Made by a program: the position numbers and the translations under genes. The notes under the pieces were generated by a model. That model was not told the DNA's origin, did no database searches, and saw nothing but the letters and a program-made list of their open reading frames with translations. A stretch of 64,000 nt of DNA from a bacterium (GTDB lineage: Bacteria > Patescibacteriota > Minisyncoccia > Phycocordibacterales > UBA2100). The stretch covers positions 168,092-232,091 of the forward strand of contig JAYPJF010000001.1 in NCBI GenBank assembly GCA_038128225.1, written 5' to 3'. Positions 48,407 through 58,778 of this stretch are shown piece by piece (position 1 is the first letter of the stretch; the number at the start of each line of letters is the position of its first letter).

Positions 48407-48541
48407 ACCCGCATGGTACTTTTTTTATTACATTCGGCAAGCTTTTTGTGTTGTGCACAGGTTATGCACATACTGCAACACAGAAAGGTCTTTTGTGTGC
48501 TATCTGGGACTCGAGACGCCCATGTATAATGCCGTGTACGT
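48407..48541. other. rpmH-dnaA intergenic region carrying DnaA-box-like motifs (TTATGCACA at 48462..48470). It is part of the candidate oriC.
   Basis: The box matches the TTATnCACA consensus. Confidence 0.35.
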
Positions 48542-49888
48542 ATGTTGAGTGATCGTGAGTTATGGCAAAACGCACTCGTCCAAATCGAGCTTGGGACCTC
48601 TGAGGCAAGTTTTCGGACGTGGTTTAAAGGCACTGATATTGTTAAAAGAGAAAACGGGGAAGTGCAGATCGCCGTTCCAAGTAAAATTGTAAAAGAATGG
48701 TTGCGTGAAAAACATAATAAACTAATCCTCAAAACCCTTCGCGACCTCGACCCGTCGGTTCGCTCAATTGAGTATGTGGTCCATAAAGTAACCAAGCCAC
48801 AACCAAAAGAGTCGCCACATCAATACCAAGCAAACGAAACACTCGAGATTTCTGATCTTTATATCGACAAACGTGATAATTTAAACCCCCGATATACATT
48901 TGAGACTTTTATTGTTGGTAACTTTAACCAACTCGCGCACGCTGCGGCACAAGCGGTCATTCAGCGGCCCGGACTAACATATAACCCATTATTTATCTAT
49001 GGGCACACGGGGCATGGAAAAACACACCTCATCCAAGCAATTGGTAACTATTTCAAAAAAAAGCACCAAAATAAAAAGGTTTTCTATGTGACCTCAGAGC
49101 GTTTTGCGATCGACTATATCAATGCTGTTCGCGTCGGGCGCGCTAATTCGTTTAAAGACCATTACCGACAATACGATGTCCTTATTATGGATGACGTCCA
49201 GTTCATTGCGAACACTGAAAAAACACAAGAAGAACTTTTCCATCTTTTTAACGCGCTCCACGACAATAACAAACAAATTGTTTTTTCTTCTGATAAACAC
49301 CCTAGTCAATTACCTAATTTTGAAGACCGTTTGAAAGGTCGTTTTAGTGCAGGAATGATTGCTGAAATACCTCCACCGGATCTCGAATCACGAATCTCGA
49401 TTATCAAAGCGAAAGGGGATCATTATCATTTTCCTTTTTCTGATGAAAATGCGAAATATATAGCGGGGAACGTCACAGGAAATATTCGAGAACTCGAGGG
49501 AGTGGTAAATATGCTTATTTGCAAAACCCAAGTGAAGGGATCGGTGCTTACCGAACAAGAAATAGCTTTAGTTATCAAACAAACAACAAAGCCGTCTCGT
49601 GGTGTCTCTATTACTGATGTAGTAAAGAAGACTGCGCAATTTTATAATATTGAAGAGAAAAGTATCTACGAAAAAACAAGAAAAAAAGAGGTTGTGCGCC
49701 CACGTCAAGTAATTATGTTTATCCTTCGAGAAGAGTTTGGTGTTTCATATCCAAGTATCGGTGAAAAACTTGGTGGGCGCGACCACACTACAGTCATTCA
49801 TTCTTGTGAAAAAATAAAAGATGAGATCAAACGAGACCCTGTACTCGCTCAAGAGATTGAGGAAGTTAAATCTCTTATGAGTGTATAA
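48542..49888 (+). CDS. dnaA: Chromosomal replication initiator DnaA
   Basis: Walker A GHTGHGKTHL, an AAA+ core and a C-terminal DNA-binding domain. Confidence 0.9.
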   Translation: MLSDRELWQNALVQIELGTSEASFRTWFKGTDIVKRENGEVQIAVPSKIVKEWLREKHNKLILKTLRDLDPSVRSIEYVVHKVTKPQPKESPHQYQANETLEISDLYIDKRDNLNPRYTFETFIVGNFNQLAHAAAQAVIQRPGLTYNPLFIYGHTGHGKTHLIQAIGNYFKKKHQNKKVFYVTSERFAIDYINAVRVGRANSFKDHYRQYDVLIMDDVQFIANTEKTQEELFHLFNALHDNNKQIVFSSDKHPSQLPNFEDRLKGRFSAGMIAEIPPPDLESRISIIKAKGDHYHFPFSDENAKYIAGNVTGNIRELEGVVNMLICKTQVKGSVLTEQEIALVIKQTTKPSRGVSITDVVKKTAQFYNIEEKSIYEKTRKKEVVRPRQVIMFILREEFGVSYPSIGEKLGGRDHTTVIHSCEKIKDEIKRDPVLAQEIEEVKSLMSV

Positions 49889-50087
49889 CGTGTGGGTATA
49901 TATGGGTACAAAAAAAGAACAGTGTGTGTACAGAACAGAAAACCAAAGCGGTAAAAATCTCTTAATAGAATTACTCGGGTTTTTTGTTGATAAGTTCTGT
50001 GCTTATATTTCCTTATCTCTTAGTGTTTTTTCTACTTATACACATATTCGACTCACTAATAGTAGTAATAGGTATTATTAAAAGAAT
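49889..50087. other. AT-rich dnaA-dnaN spacer, a candidate DNA-unwinding element or oriC, with a DnaA-box-like TGTTGATAA at 49985..49993
   Basis: About 70% AT and sits at the canonical origin position between dnaA and dnaN. Confidence 0.4.
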
Positions 50088-51182
50088 ATGAAGTACACCT
50101 GTGAAAAGAAAGATTTATTGCATGCTGTTGAAATCGCAGAGCGTATTGTAGGTAAAAAGGAAAACCTTCCCGTTCTTTCGTGTGTTCTTTTTGATGTGCA
50201 AGAAAAAATCACCTGTACTGCAACCAATCTTGAATCTGCGGTTTGTATATCTATCCCAGGTGCTATACAAAAAAAAGGGAAGGTAGCAGTTCCTGCGACG
50301 CTTCTTATTGGGTTATTAAGAAATTCCCGCGGAGAAAAAGTAACCATTTCAGTTGAGGATGTTTTTACACTCGAATCAGTAGGGTCTGTTGATAAGATTA
50401 AAATAGTTCCTCATGACGAGTTCCCAACAATACCGTTCATGAATAAAAACGAGCAGAGTTATATCCTCCCTATACGTACATTTTCAAACGGTGTCACAGC
50501 GGTTTTATACGCAGCATCAACATCATTAATACGTCCAGAGTTTGCGAGTGTGTATATAACACAACAAAATACATCAATGGTTTTTGCTGCGACTGACTCT
50601 TTTCGACTTGCTGAAAAAAAGATTCAAAGCAAGGAAACAGAAAACATCTTTGATGTCCTTTTACCAACAAAGAACGCGCAAGAGCTTATTTCTGTATTTA
50701 GTGGTGAGGAAGGGGATGCGGTCTGTGTTCTTACGGAATCTCAAATACAAGTAACTGTAGATGGTCTTGTGTATGTTTCTAGGGTTATTGATGGAACATT
50801 TCCTGAATATACCGCCGTGATTCCTAAGAATTTCTCTACAGAAATGACAGTACTTAAAAGTGATTTTGAAAGCGTACTTCGAAAAGGTAGGTTGTTTTCA
50901 AAAACAAACCAATATATAAGTTTCCATATATATCCGCAAAAGAAAATATGCACTATCACCACTCGAAATACCGATATTGGAGAAATGACTGAAACTCTTA
51001 CTGCTGCGCTCTCAGGTGATGAACTTGATATTAACTTTAATATTCAATATCTACAGGATTGTTTATCAACCATACACTCCGATAGTGTTGTGTTGCGTTT
51101 CGCCGGCGCAGGAAAACCTCTTGTAATACAAGGGATTTCTGATCAGACATTTCGGTACTTAGTGATGCCACTTAATAAATAG
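50088..51182 (+). CDS. dnaN: DNA polymerase III beta sliding clamp
   Basis: Three-domain clamp, positioned after dnaA. Confidence 0.9.
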   Translation: MKYTCEKKDLLHAVEIAERIVGKKENLPVLSCVLFDVQEKITCTATNLESAVCISIPGAIQKKGKVAVPATLLIGLLRNSRGEKVTISVEDVFTLESVGSVDKIKIVPHDEFPTIPFMNKNEQSYILPIRTFSNGVTAVLYAASTSLIRPEFASVYITQQNTSMVFAATDSFRLAEKKIQSKETENIFDVLLPTKNAQELISVFSGEEGDAVCVLTESQIQVTVDGLVYVSRVIDGTFPEYTAVIPKNFSTEMTVLKSDFESVLRKGRLFSKTNQYISFHIYPQKKICTITTRNTDIGEMTETLTAALSGDELDINFNIQYLQDCLSTIHSDSVVLRFAGAGKPLVIQGISDQTFRYLVMPLNK

Positions 51183-51184
51183 GC

Positions 51185-53569
51185 TTATTGTATTGAAAAT
51201 TCAACCGAGTCCTGAATAACTCCTAATGAAGTTTCAGCAATTGCAGTCAGTAAGACTGTACCTTTTTGCGAAGGGAACACTGAAAGCGAGAAAGGGCTTC
51301 GTACCGAAGTTCCCATATAACTCCCGTTTATATAGTATGCGACTGAACTAACATTTAGTTCTGCAGGAGCATGCACGGATATTGTAAGTAATTGACTTGA
51401 TGGAACAGAACTCTTTTCTTGCGGATAGGTGACTGCAAAAAATAATGCATTTGATTGTGTGGGTTGTTGTATGTGTGCTGGAAGCATTGGGGCGGTTGTA
51501 GAGAATCCATTTTGTACAGCCCATAGAGCGACAGGGTATTCCCAGAGGTAAAATTGTGGGTCTTGTGTTGGGTTATTTGGGCGCTGATAAGGATTATCTT
51601 TATCTACCCAGTAAAGGATTTCATGGACGCCTTCATTGCTCGCCCACTCCCCGCGTAATACTGGTGGTAATTCTGACGAAGGGAGTTCGTCAGGTTTAGT
51701 AAATGATTGAGGTGTTGAGCTTGCGAGCACCACTTGCATAAACGCGTTCCATAGCGGGGCGATAATAAAACCCGCAACCTTTTTCTCCATAGGAGTATTG
51801 TCGTTATTTCCTGCCCATGCCCCGACTGAAATAAATGGCGTGTAACCAATAACCCATACGTCACGGTAGTCATTAGTGGTCCCTGTTTTTACAGCGACAT
51901 CATGAGTGGGGAAATACAACGCACTATTTGCGCCAAACGCTGGTGTGCGCGCGGTATTATCAGATAAAACACTGTTTATAAGGCGGGCAACAGTAGGGGT
52001 AAGCACTGTTTCACCCGGGGTTTCTTTATAGTGCTCCAACTCATCACCTTTATTGTTTTTTACTGAAAGAACAGAAACTGGCGCGTGGCGCACCCCTTCG
52101 TTTGCGAACACTCCATATGCGCTCACCATTTCAAGTAATGAAACCTCTCCACCACCTAAAACCAATGGGAGACCATATTCATTCAAAGGACGCGTGAGTG
52201 TGGTTATGCCAAGACGGGATGCTGTTTCAAGAGCGGTTTGTACACCAACAAGATAAAGAACTTTGACGGCGGGAATATTTACCGACTGGGCAAGTGCGTT
52301 ACGAAGCGATATGGGGCCACGGAACACATTGTCGTAATTACCAGGAGAATAACATGTATCAGTGGTCTCAAAAAAATTCACCTCACAGGTTGCAGAAAAT
52401 TGTGTTTGGAGGTCGAACACCACTGTTTCTGGAGTGTACCCTTTTTCAAACGCTGCAGCGTAGACGAACGGCTTAAATGCAGATCCAGGCTGTCGTTTCG
52501 CGAGCGCGATGTTAAATTTTCCATCAATAGCGTCATCAAAATAACCACGAGATCCCACCATGGTGAGTATCGCGCCATTTCGTGGGTCAACCGCAACCAG
52601 ACTCGCGTTCTCCGCATTGAATGTGTCTGCATTTTTAAGAGCGTACTCCCGCACGATTTCTTCAGCTTTTTTCTGTAAAGTGTAATCGAGTGTTGTGATT
52701 ACCGAGAGACCACCTTCATTCACAATATCGACACCGTACACCTCTTCAAGGTATTCGCGAATGTAAAAAACAAAATGCGGTGCTTTTATGCCAGTCTCAT
52801 CGCTGCTTACAAACACAACATGTTCATTGAGGGCGTTTTGGTACTCATCTTCAGTAATGAAATTATTTTCACGCATTTTTAGAAGGACAAGATTTTTTCT
52901 TGCTTCAAGCGCGTCGCGGTGATTACCAAATGGCGAGTAGTACGTGGGGGCTTGGGGAAGTGCGGCAAGATATGCTGCCTCTGCGAGAGTGACATCGAAG
53001 GCTGGTTTGTTGAAAAAATATTGAGAGGCCTCCTCAACACCATACAGAGTACCACCGTACGGTGTCTCGTTTAGATAGATGCCCAAGATTTCATCCTTGC
53101 TTAGAACGCGCTCTATCTTGAGTGCAAGTACCCACTCTTTTATTTTGCGCGTAATTGTTTTCTCGGGGGACAGCAGGGTGTTTTTTACTACCTGCTGAGT
53201 GATGGTTGAGCCTCCTTGACTAAAACCACCTTCGCGAATGTTAGCAAAGACTGCCCGCAAGATGGCTGTGGGTTTGATGCCGAGGTGTTCATAAAACTCT
53301 GTGTCTTCAATCGCGATGGTTGCGTTTCTGATATGACGAGAAATTTTATCAAGCGGAACAATCGTGCGGCGCACTGTCCCGTGCACGTCATAAAGCAAAA
53401 CTTCCCCGGTGCGGTCATATATTTTTGTTGATTCGGCGACTTTTCGATTGTGGAAACTCGAAAGCGTGGGGATTTGTAATGTAGCGAACCAAATAAGAAG
53501 TAGGCCCGACACAAAAAACACCCCTGCTGCGGATGCGATTATAAGCGGACGTACCCAACGATAGTGCAT
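51185..53569 (-). CDS. Penicillin-binding protein 1A (GT51 transglycosylase plus transpeptidase) with a C-terminal extension
   Basis: GT51 motifs, SAFKPF (SxxK), SxN and KTGTT. Confidence 0.9.
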   Translation of the reverse strand: MHYRWVRPLIIASAAGVFFVSGLLLIWFATLQIPTLSSFHNRKVAESTKIYDRTGEVLLYDVHGTVRRTIVPLDKISRHIRNATIAIEDTEFYEHLGIKPTAILRAVFANIREGGFSQGGSTITQQVVKNTLLSPEKTITRKIKEWVLALKIERVLSKDEILGIYLNETPYGGTLYGVEEASQYFFNKPAFDVTLAEAAYLAALPQAPTYYSPFGNHRDALEARKNLVLLKMRENNFITEDEYQNALNEHVVFVSSDETGIKAPHFVFYIREYLEEVYGVDIVNEGGLSVITTLDYTLQKKAEEIVREYALKNADTFNAENASLVAVDPRNGAILTMVGSRGYFDDAIDGKFNIALAKRQPGSAFKPFVYAAAFEKGYTPETVVFDLQTQFSATCEVNFFETTDTCYSPGNYDNVFRGPISLRNALAQSVNIPAVKVLYLVGVQTALETASRLGITTLTRPLNEYGLPLVLGGGEVSLLEMVSAYGVFANEGVRHAPVSVLSVKNNKGDELEHYKETPGETVLTPTVARLINSVLSDNTARTPAFGANSALYFPTHDVAVKTGTTNDYRDVWVIGYTPFISVGAWAGNNDNTPMEKKVAGFIIAPLWNAFMQVVLASSTPQSFTKPDELPSSELPPVLRGEWASNEGVHEILYWVDKDNPYQRPNNPTQDPQFYLWEYPVALWAVQNGFSTTAPMLPAHIQQPTQSNALFFAVTYPQEKSSVPSSQLLTISVHAPAELNVSSVAYYINGSYMGTSVRSPFSLSVFPSQKGTVLLTAIAETSLGVIQDSVEFSIQ

Positions 53570-53573
53570 GACG

Positions 53574-54071
53574 TTATTTTACCAAGTGTTTGGCTGTCGG
53601 CGCTCTCCTGTGTGCAAGATGGGTGATACCAGCGGCAAGCGCATCATACTCGTCGTCCACACGCTTTTCTGGAGGCAACCGAAGAAGGCGCTGGACCATT
53701 GAAGTAACTTGGTTCTTGTCAGCTTTACCCCAGCCGGCAACTGAAGACTTGATTTGAGCGGGTGTGTATTCGTGTACTGTAATACCATGTTCGCGCGCTA
53801 TGTATACTAAGACGCCTCGTACTTCAGAAACATACAGAGCGGTTTTTTGGTTGGTATTGAAATAGACGCGCTCAATAGCGCACTCACTAGGGTTGTGTTT
53901 TTTAATGAGGTCCGCAAAAGCACTGCCCACGGACCATAAACGATCGCTGAACGCACTGTTTCGGTCAGATGTGACACAGGTGGAGTAGACGACATGCTGC
54001 GCGGTTGCGTCTCCGTCAAGAATTGCAATACCGCACCGATCGTACCCTGGGTCAACGGCAATCACGCGCAT
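53574..54071 (-). CDS. ruvC: Holliday junction resolvase RuvC
   Basis: Translation reads MRVIAVDPGYDRCGIAIL. Confidence 0.85.
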   Translation of the reverse strand: MRVIAVDPGYDRCGIAILDGDATAQHVVYSTCVTSDRNSAFSDRLWSVGSAFADLIKKHNPSECAIERVYFNTNQKTALYVSEVRGVLVYIAREHGITVHEYTPAQIKSSVAGWGKADKNQVTSMVQRLLRLPPEKRVDDEYDALAAGITHLAHRRAPTAKHLVK

Positions 54072-54079
54072 ATACAATT

Positions 54080-54610
54080 TTACGCAGCGTTTGTGTACAC
54101 TGCTTGTACATCGTCATGATCCTCCAATGCTTCAATAAGTTCCGCAAGCTGTGTTCCGGTTTCATCTGAAATATCGACCGCAGTGTTTGGGGAGTACCCG
54201 TCTTCGGTCTTAGAGAATGCCCACGCCGCTGAACCAGGGTTTGCGAGCGCGACACCGCGCTCGCTTAACAAGTGTCTAATTTCTTGGCTCGTGCGGTTAT
54301 TGTTGTCAGTGAGTGCAGAAATCAAAAGTGCCGCACCGCCTGGACCATACGCTTCAAACAACACTGATTCAAGCGCTGCTGCATCCGCACTCGTCCCTTT
54401 TTGTACAGCGCGCTCGATATTTTCTTTCGGCATATTAATCGATTTTGCGCGCTCGATCACCATTCGCAATGAAGGTGACGACAGGTTTCCACCAGTTTTT
54501 TTGGACTCAACAGTGATGAGGCGAGCAAACTTGCCGAACTCCTTACTTCTAGCGGCATCAGTAACCGCCTTCTTTCTTTTTATTTGTGCCCACTTACTAT
54601 GGCCAGCCAT
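54080..54610 (-). CDS. YebC/PmpR-family protein (short, 176 aa)
   Basis: N-terminal MAGHSKWAQIKRKK hallmark and the DDVQAVYTN C-terminus. Confidence 0.7.
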   Translation of the reverse strand: MAGHSKWAQIKRKKAVTDAARSKEFGKFARLITVESKKTGGNLSSPSLRMVIERAKSINMPKENIERAVQKGTSADAAALESVLFEAYGPGGAALLISALTDNNNRTSQEIRHLLSERGVALANPGSAAWAFSKTEDGYSPNTAVDISDETGTQLAELIEALEDHDDVQAVYTNAA

Positions 54611-54642
54611 AGGCGCAGTCTACAGAACAGTTTTCTCTACGT

Positions 54643-55656
54643 CTACCCGAGCAGCGGCTTTTGTTGCGATGAAGAAAAACCCAGATGTTCGCGCGCCTTA
54701 GCGGTCACCATACGGCCGCGTGGGGTGCGTTCAAGTAACCCTATCTGCATCAAATACGGTTCATGTACTTCCTCGAGAGCGCTTTCTTCTTCCGAAAGTG
54801 CTGCCGCGAGTGTCTTAAGCCCAACAGGGCCTCCTCCGTATTTCTCAATAAGCGTTGTGAGAAGATCGCGGTCATTTTGAGTGAGGCCCAACTCATCAAT
54901 TTCGAGAAGTGCGAGTGACTTACGCACCACGTCGAGAGTGAGCGCTGTGTTAGAAACTTGTGCAAAATCGCGCGCTCGTTTTAAAAGATAGTTTGCAGTG
55001 CGAGGTGTCGAGCGGCTGCGGCGCGCGATTTCTTGCTGAGCGTTTTTTGGCACTTCAATGTGAAGTATCGATGATGAACGATCGAGAATACTAACAATCT
55101 CGTTTTCGGTGTAATACGAAAGCCGAAACAGACCTCCTGAAAACCTGCTTCTGAGTGGAGAGGAGAGCATTGCGACGCGAGTGGTCGCTGCGATAAGGGT
55201 AAATGGCGGCAGTTCAAGTTGCACAGTGCGCGCCGCAGGCCCTTTACCGATGACGATATCGAGCACGCCGGATTCCATAGCAGGGTACAGCACTTCCTCA
55301 ATCGCTTTGTTGAGTCGATGGATCTCGTCAATAAACAAAACATCTCCAGGGCTTAGGTTGGTGAGGATTGAAGCCAGATCACCAACACGCTCTATTGCAG
55401 GTCCGGATGTTGCTTTTAACGACGCACCGATTTCTTTCGCGATAAGATGTGCCAGCGTTGTTTTTCCCAGCCCGGGTGGCCCATAGAAAAGTATATGTTC
55501 AGGTTGTTCGCCGCGTGCTTTTGCGGCAGTGAGAAGCACTGACAGGTTTTCTTTTATGCTTTCTTGCCCAATGTACTCGCGCCATGACTGCGGACGTAGA
55601 GATTGATCGAGTGAACGTGTCGAAATGGGTGGCTCGTGCTCTTTTGGTAAGGACAT
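54643..55656 (-). CDS. ruvB: Holliday junction helicase RuvB. The track ORF begins at TTG 55665.
   Basis: Walker A GPPGLGKTTLA and Walker B DEIHRL. Confidence 0.9.
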   Translation of the reverse strand: MSLPKEHEPPISTRSLDQSLRPQSWREYIGQESIKENLSVLLTAAKARGEQPEHILFYGPPGLGKTTLAHLIAKEIGASLKATSGPAIERVGDLASILTNLSPGDVLFIDEIHRLNKAIEEVLYPAMESGVLDIVIGKGPAARTVQLELPPFTLIAATTRVAMLSSPLRSRFSGGLFRLSYYTENEIVSILDRSSSILHIEVPKNAQQEIARRSRSTPRTANYLLKRARDFAQVSNTALTLDVVRKSLALLEIDELGLTQNDRDLLTTLIEKYGGGPVGLKTLAAALSEEESALEEVHEPYLMQIGLLERTPRGRMVTAKAREHLGFSSSQQKPLLG

Positions 55657-55665
55657 AGTAATCAA

Positions 55666-55694
55666 TTGACAATATTCAACTTGTGTGATACTAT
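55666..55694 (+). promoter_or_regulatory. Near-consensus sigma70 promoter TTGACA-17-TACTAT with no protein-coding gene downstream
   Basis: Reads TTGACAatattcaacttgtgtgaTACTAT on the plus strand. Confidence 0.45.
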
Positions 55695-55700
55695 CGCGGC

Positions 55701-55926
55701 CGGTTTAAAACGCACCATCAGACACACAAATCTCTCAGCGATGAAGAGTTTTTCCAAGGACGGCGATGGTTTTCATCACTTGTGATTGAAATGCTGCCCC
55801 TATCCTTAGGATTGACTCGTCTTTCGATGCTACATTCGGAGCATCGCTGAGAGGTTTGTGGTTCGGATGTCCCCTCGCTTGGATGAGAATACCATCCGCG
55901 GTGGTATTGAACAGTAGTCACACACA
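55701..55926 (+). ncRNA. Candidate structured non-coding RNA of about 225 nt between ruvB and pilB. Its class is unknown.
   Basis: Long-range inverted repeat (tctctcagcgatg at about 55733 paired with catcgctgagagg at about 55850) plus internal hairpins (gatgct-acattcgg-agcatc and aatacca-tccgcgg-tggtatt). Neither strand carries a convincing ORF. Confidence 0.25.
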
Positions 55927-57666
55927 TCACTGCGTGTTCTGTTCCGCGGTTTGTGTTTCCAAAACAAACGCGCGCACATCAACAGTGCGTTCGAGCTCTT
56001 CAAATGTTGTTACGCCACGTAAGATTTTTACCGCGCCGTCTTGTGCCATACGCCGGATTTGCTGGTGTTTTGCTGCGCGCCAAATTTCTCGCTCGCTCGA
56101 CGTGGTGCGAACAGTTTTCTCGATAGTTTCATCCATAAGGATCGCTTCAACAACCGCGATACGCCCTTTGTACCCAACGCCTCCACATTTTTCACAACCT
56201 TTTGGTGTCCACATCAACTCGTGGTTCTGCGGTATGTCTTCTGGGTGGGGGATGTTTGTAAGAAGAGCGTCCATGACAACCTTTGTGGTACCGTCAATAA
56301 TTTTTGGGGTGCGACAATGCTCGCATAAACGTCGTACAAGACGCTGGGCCATGGCGACATTGACTGCTGAACCAAGAATTTCAGCATCGATACCCATATC
56401 AATAAGGCGGGGGAACGTGCCTGCGGCATTATTGGTATGAAGCGTAGAGAATACCAAATGCCCAGTAAGCGCAGCGTGTACTGCTGTGGAAGCAACCTCG
56501 CCATCTCGGATTTCGCCGACCATAATGACGTCAGGGTCCTGGCGGAGTGTTGAGCGCAGGCCTTGAGCGAAAGAATACGTTTTGCTTACTTGGGTTTGCA
56601 CCACGCCAGTAAGGTGGTACTCAACCGGATCTTCGATAGTGACGACTTTTATATCAGGCGACTTAACTGCGGATAGAAACGCGTACAGTGTCGTGGTTTT
56701 TCCGGAACCCGTAGGACCGGTGTTCAAAATCATCCCATTCGGTTTTCGAATTTCGTTGTCGAAAATCGCACGCAAATACGTGTCGAACCCAAGCGCGTCC
56801 ATTGGGAGCGCGATAGTGCTCGGATCAAGAACACGCATAACAACAGTCTCGGCATAGTTTCCGGGAAGTACGGAAGTACGAATCTCGATTTCTTTCTGGT
56901 TTACCACGATTGAGAAACGTCCGTCCTGTGCCATGTTTTTAATATTAAGCTTGAGGCCAGAGAGAAGTTTAATGCGCGAAGAGACGAGCGCGTATGTCGG
57001 GTGGTCAAACGTAAGAATTTCCGTGAGCACACCGTCGAGGCGGTAGCGCATGCGCACCAAGGAGTCTTCAGGTTCAAGATGGATGTCCGAGGCTCCAAGC
57101 GAAAGCGCTCCAGCCATGACAATTTCAAGTACGCGAGAAATTCGATGAGTGTCTTTATTGAGTAAGTTTCCTTGCACGTGGTTGCGCACATCAGCAACTG
57201 TCTGTAGTTCCGAGAGCATCTTTTGAATTGCCTCATTTGAGATTGTGAGAATGCCCGCTTCAGTTTCGGTGGCGAAAGAGAGGTCGTGGTAGCGGTCCCA
57301 CGCGCGCTCAAGCGACGCGCGCGACACCATAAAGCGGCGCACCTGATATCCTAAACGTTCCAAAACCTGTATTGCTTGAAGCGAATCCGGCCGCTCTGGT
57401 GCTCTCATTGCAACATACAGGCGTTTGCCAATTTTTCTGAAAGCAGCAACTTCTGTTGCGCGCGCATCTTTTTCAGTAACTAGGCGTAACGCATCTGTAT
57501 CAATCGATTTGTTAGTCAGATCGGTGTACTCGACGCCATATTTTACCGAAAGCACCCGAGCAAGCTCTTCTTCTTCAATTTTCCTTAGACGCTCTAGGCG
57601 TTCATCGCTTTTTTGGTCATGAAACTGCGCTGCCATACTGCGCATTGTACCATCGGAGCCATTCAT
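55927..57666 (-). CDS. pilB: Type II secretion / type IV pilus assembly ATPase (GspE/PilB family)
   Basis: N-terminal GSPII_E_N-like region, Walker A GPTGSGKTTTL and a tetracysteine motif CEHC...CEKCGG. The track ORF begins at 57756. Confidence 0.85.
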   Translation of the reverse strand: MNGSDGTMRSMAAQFHDQKSDERLERLRKIEEEELARVLSVKYGVEYTDLTNKSIDTDALRLVTEKDARATEVAAFRKIGKRLYVAMRAPERPDSLQAIQVLERLGYQVRRFMVSRASLERAWDRYHDLSFATETEAGILTISNEAIQKMLSELQTVADVRNHVQGNLLNKDTHRISRVLEIVMAGALSLGASDIHLEPEDSLVRMRYRLDGVLTEILTFDHPTYALVSSRIKLLSGLKLNIKNMAQDGRFSIVVNQKEIEIRTSVLPGNYAETVVMRVLDPSTIALPMDALGFDTYLRAIFDNEIRKPNGMILNTGPTGSGKTTTLYAFLSAVKSPDIKVVTIEDPVEYHLTGVVQTQVSKTYSFAQGLRSTLRQDPDVIMVGEIRDGEVASTAVHAALTGHLVFSTLHTNNAAGTFPRLIDMGIDAEILGSAVNVAMAQRLVRRLCEHCRTPKIIDGTTKVVMDALLTNIPHPEDIPQNHELMWTPKGCEKCGGVGYKGRIAVVEAILMDETIEKTVRTTSSEREIWRAAKHQQIRRMAQDGAVKILRGVTTFEELERTVDVRAFVLETQTAEQNTQ

Positions 57667-57730
57667 TGACTCGCGCTGTTTTAATTGTATTGTTGCCACG
57701 GAAAAGCAGATCGAGGAAAGGAGTGGCGAA

Positions 57731-58279
57731 ATGATTTTTATTTCGCGGTTTGTCACGACTTACGCAATCACATTCACACTTGCGCTCGCGACACTCATCA
57801 TGTGGTGGGAATATGATTCGGATTCCCTTAACATAGCCATCAGCGGGACGGAAAAAATACCGTACATACTCGCGAATTGGGAGCTCAATCCATACGCACA
57901 ACTCATCTTGAGCCTGGTGTTCAAAAGCCTCACGCCCATTATGTTGGGGCTCGTCGTCTTGTATCGGACACTTATTGTTGCGCCGCTTTTAAATTTGATA
58001 AGCGGTGTGCACGAGCGCCTCGTGGTAGTCGCTATTGTAATAGTTGCGGCGAACATCTTCTCGCTTGCAACCATTGTGGTACTTGGTGTGTGGGCCCCAG
58101 CCACACTGAACATGTTTCTCGAATGGGGAAGTACGGTACCTGACCTTTTGGTGGCATGGGGGCTCCCGACTGATCTCGCGGTACCGCTACGAACATTAGG
58201 CGGTGCGTACTTGTTTGTCGCGATCGCATTTGTCCTGTTGTGGCGATTCTTCATGGCCGTGGTCGCGAGAATGGTGTAG
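57731..58279 (+). CDS. Hypothetical polytopic membrane protein
   Basis: Five hydrophobic helices. Confidence 0.4.
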   Translation: MIFISRFVTTYAITFTLALATLIMWWEYDSDSLNIAISGTEKIPYILANWELNPYAQLILSLVFKSLTPIMLGLVVLYRTLIVAPLLNLISGVHERLVVVAIVIVAANIFSLATIVVLGVWAPATLNMFLEWGSTVPDLLVAWGLPTDLAVPLRTLGGAYLFVAIAFVLLWRFFMAVVARMV

Positions 58280-58322
58280 TGACGAGGGTCCGCGAGCGCT
58301 TCGGTGCTTGCGGCCTCTTTTT

Positions 58323-58778
58323 ATGAGTTGGTACAATTCACTTGTGGAGAGTACGATCAAAAACATGCACGAAATGCAAAAGGCCGCACAACGAGCGTTG
58401 GAACGATGGGGCGCGGCGGAGCGTGCGTTCGTGGTGGGTCTTTCGGGCGACTTAGGCGCAGGCAAAACCACGTTTGTGCAAGTGCTTGCAAAGGAGTTGG
58501 GTGTCCACGAAACAATCACAAGTCCAACATTTGTTATTCAAAAAACATACCCGCTTAAACAGCAAAAGTTTGCGCGTCTCGTACACATTGATGCGTACCG
58601 GCTTACCAACACCGATGAGCTTGAAGCGCTTGGTTTTAGAGCGCTTCGGGATGATCCGGGAAACCTTATTGTCGTTGAATGGCCGGAACGCGTAAGCGAA
58701 ATTTTAGGCGAGGACGAGCGTATTACCTTTGTTTGGGTAGATGAAACAACGAGAACCGTAGCGTATGAAGCAGCTTAA
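58323..58778 (+). CDS. tsaE: tRNA threonylcarbamoyladenosine biosynthesis protein TsaE
   Basis: P-loop GDLGAGKTTFVQ (YjeE family). It starts at an internal Met of the track ORF. Confidence 0.7.
   Translation: MSWYNSLVESTIKNMHEMQKAAQRALERWGAAERAFVVGLSGDLGAGKTTFVQVLAKELGVHETITSPTFVIQKTYPLKQQKFARLVHIDAYRLTNTDELEALGFRALRDDPGNLIVVEWPERVSEILGEDERITFVWVDETTRTVAYEAA

Noticed and set aside
48274-48795. 173-aa minus-strand ORF
   Set aside because: Antisense to the dnaA 5' region and the rpmH area, with no motifs. rpmH itself (42 aa) explains the coding signal here.
55856-56440. 194-aa plus-strand ORF
   Set aside because: Antisense to the pilB/gspE ATPase C-terminus, with no features.
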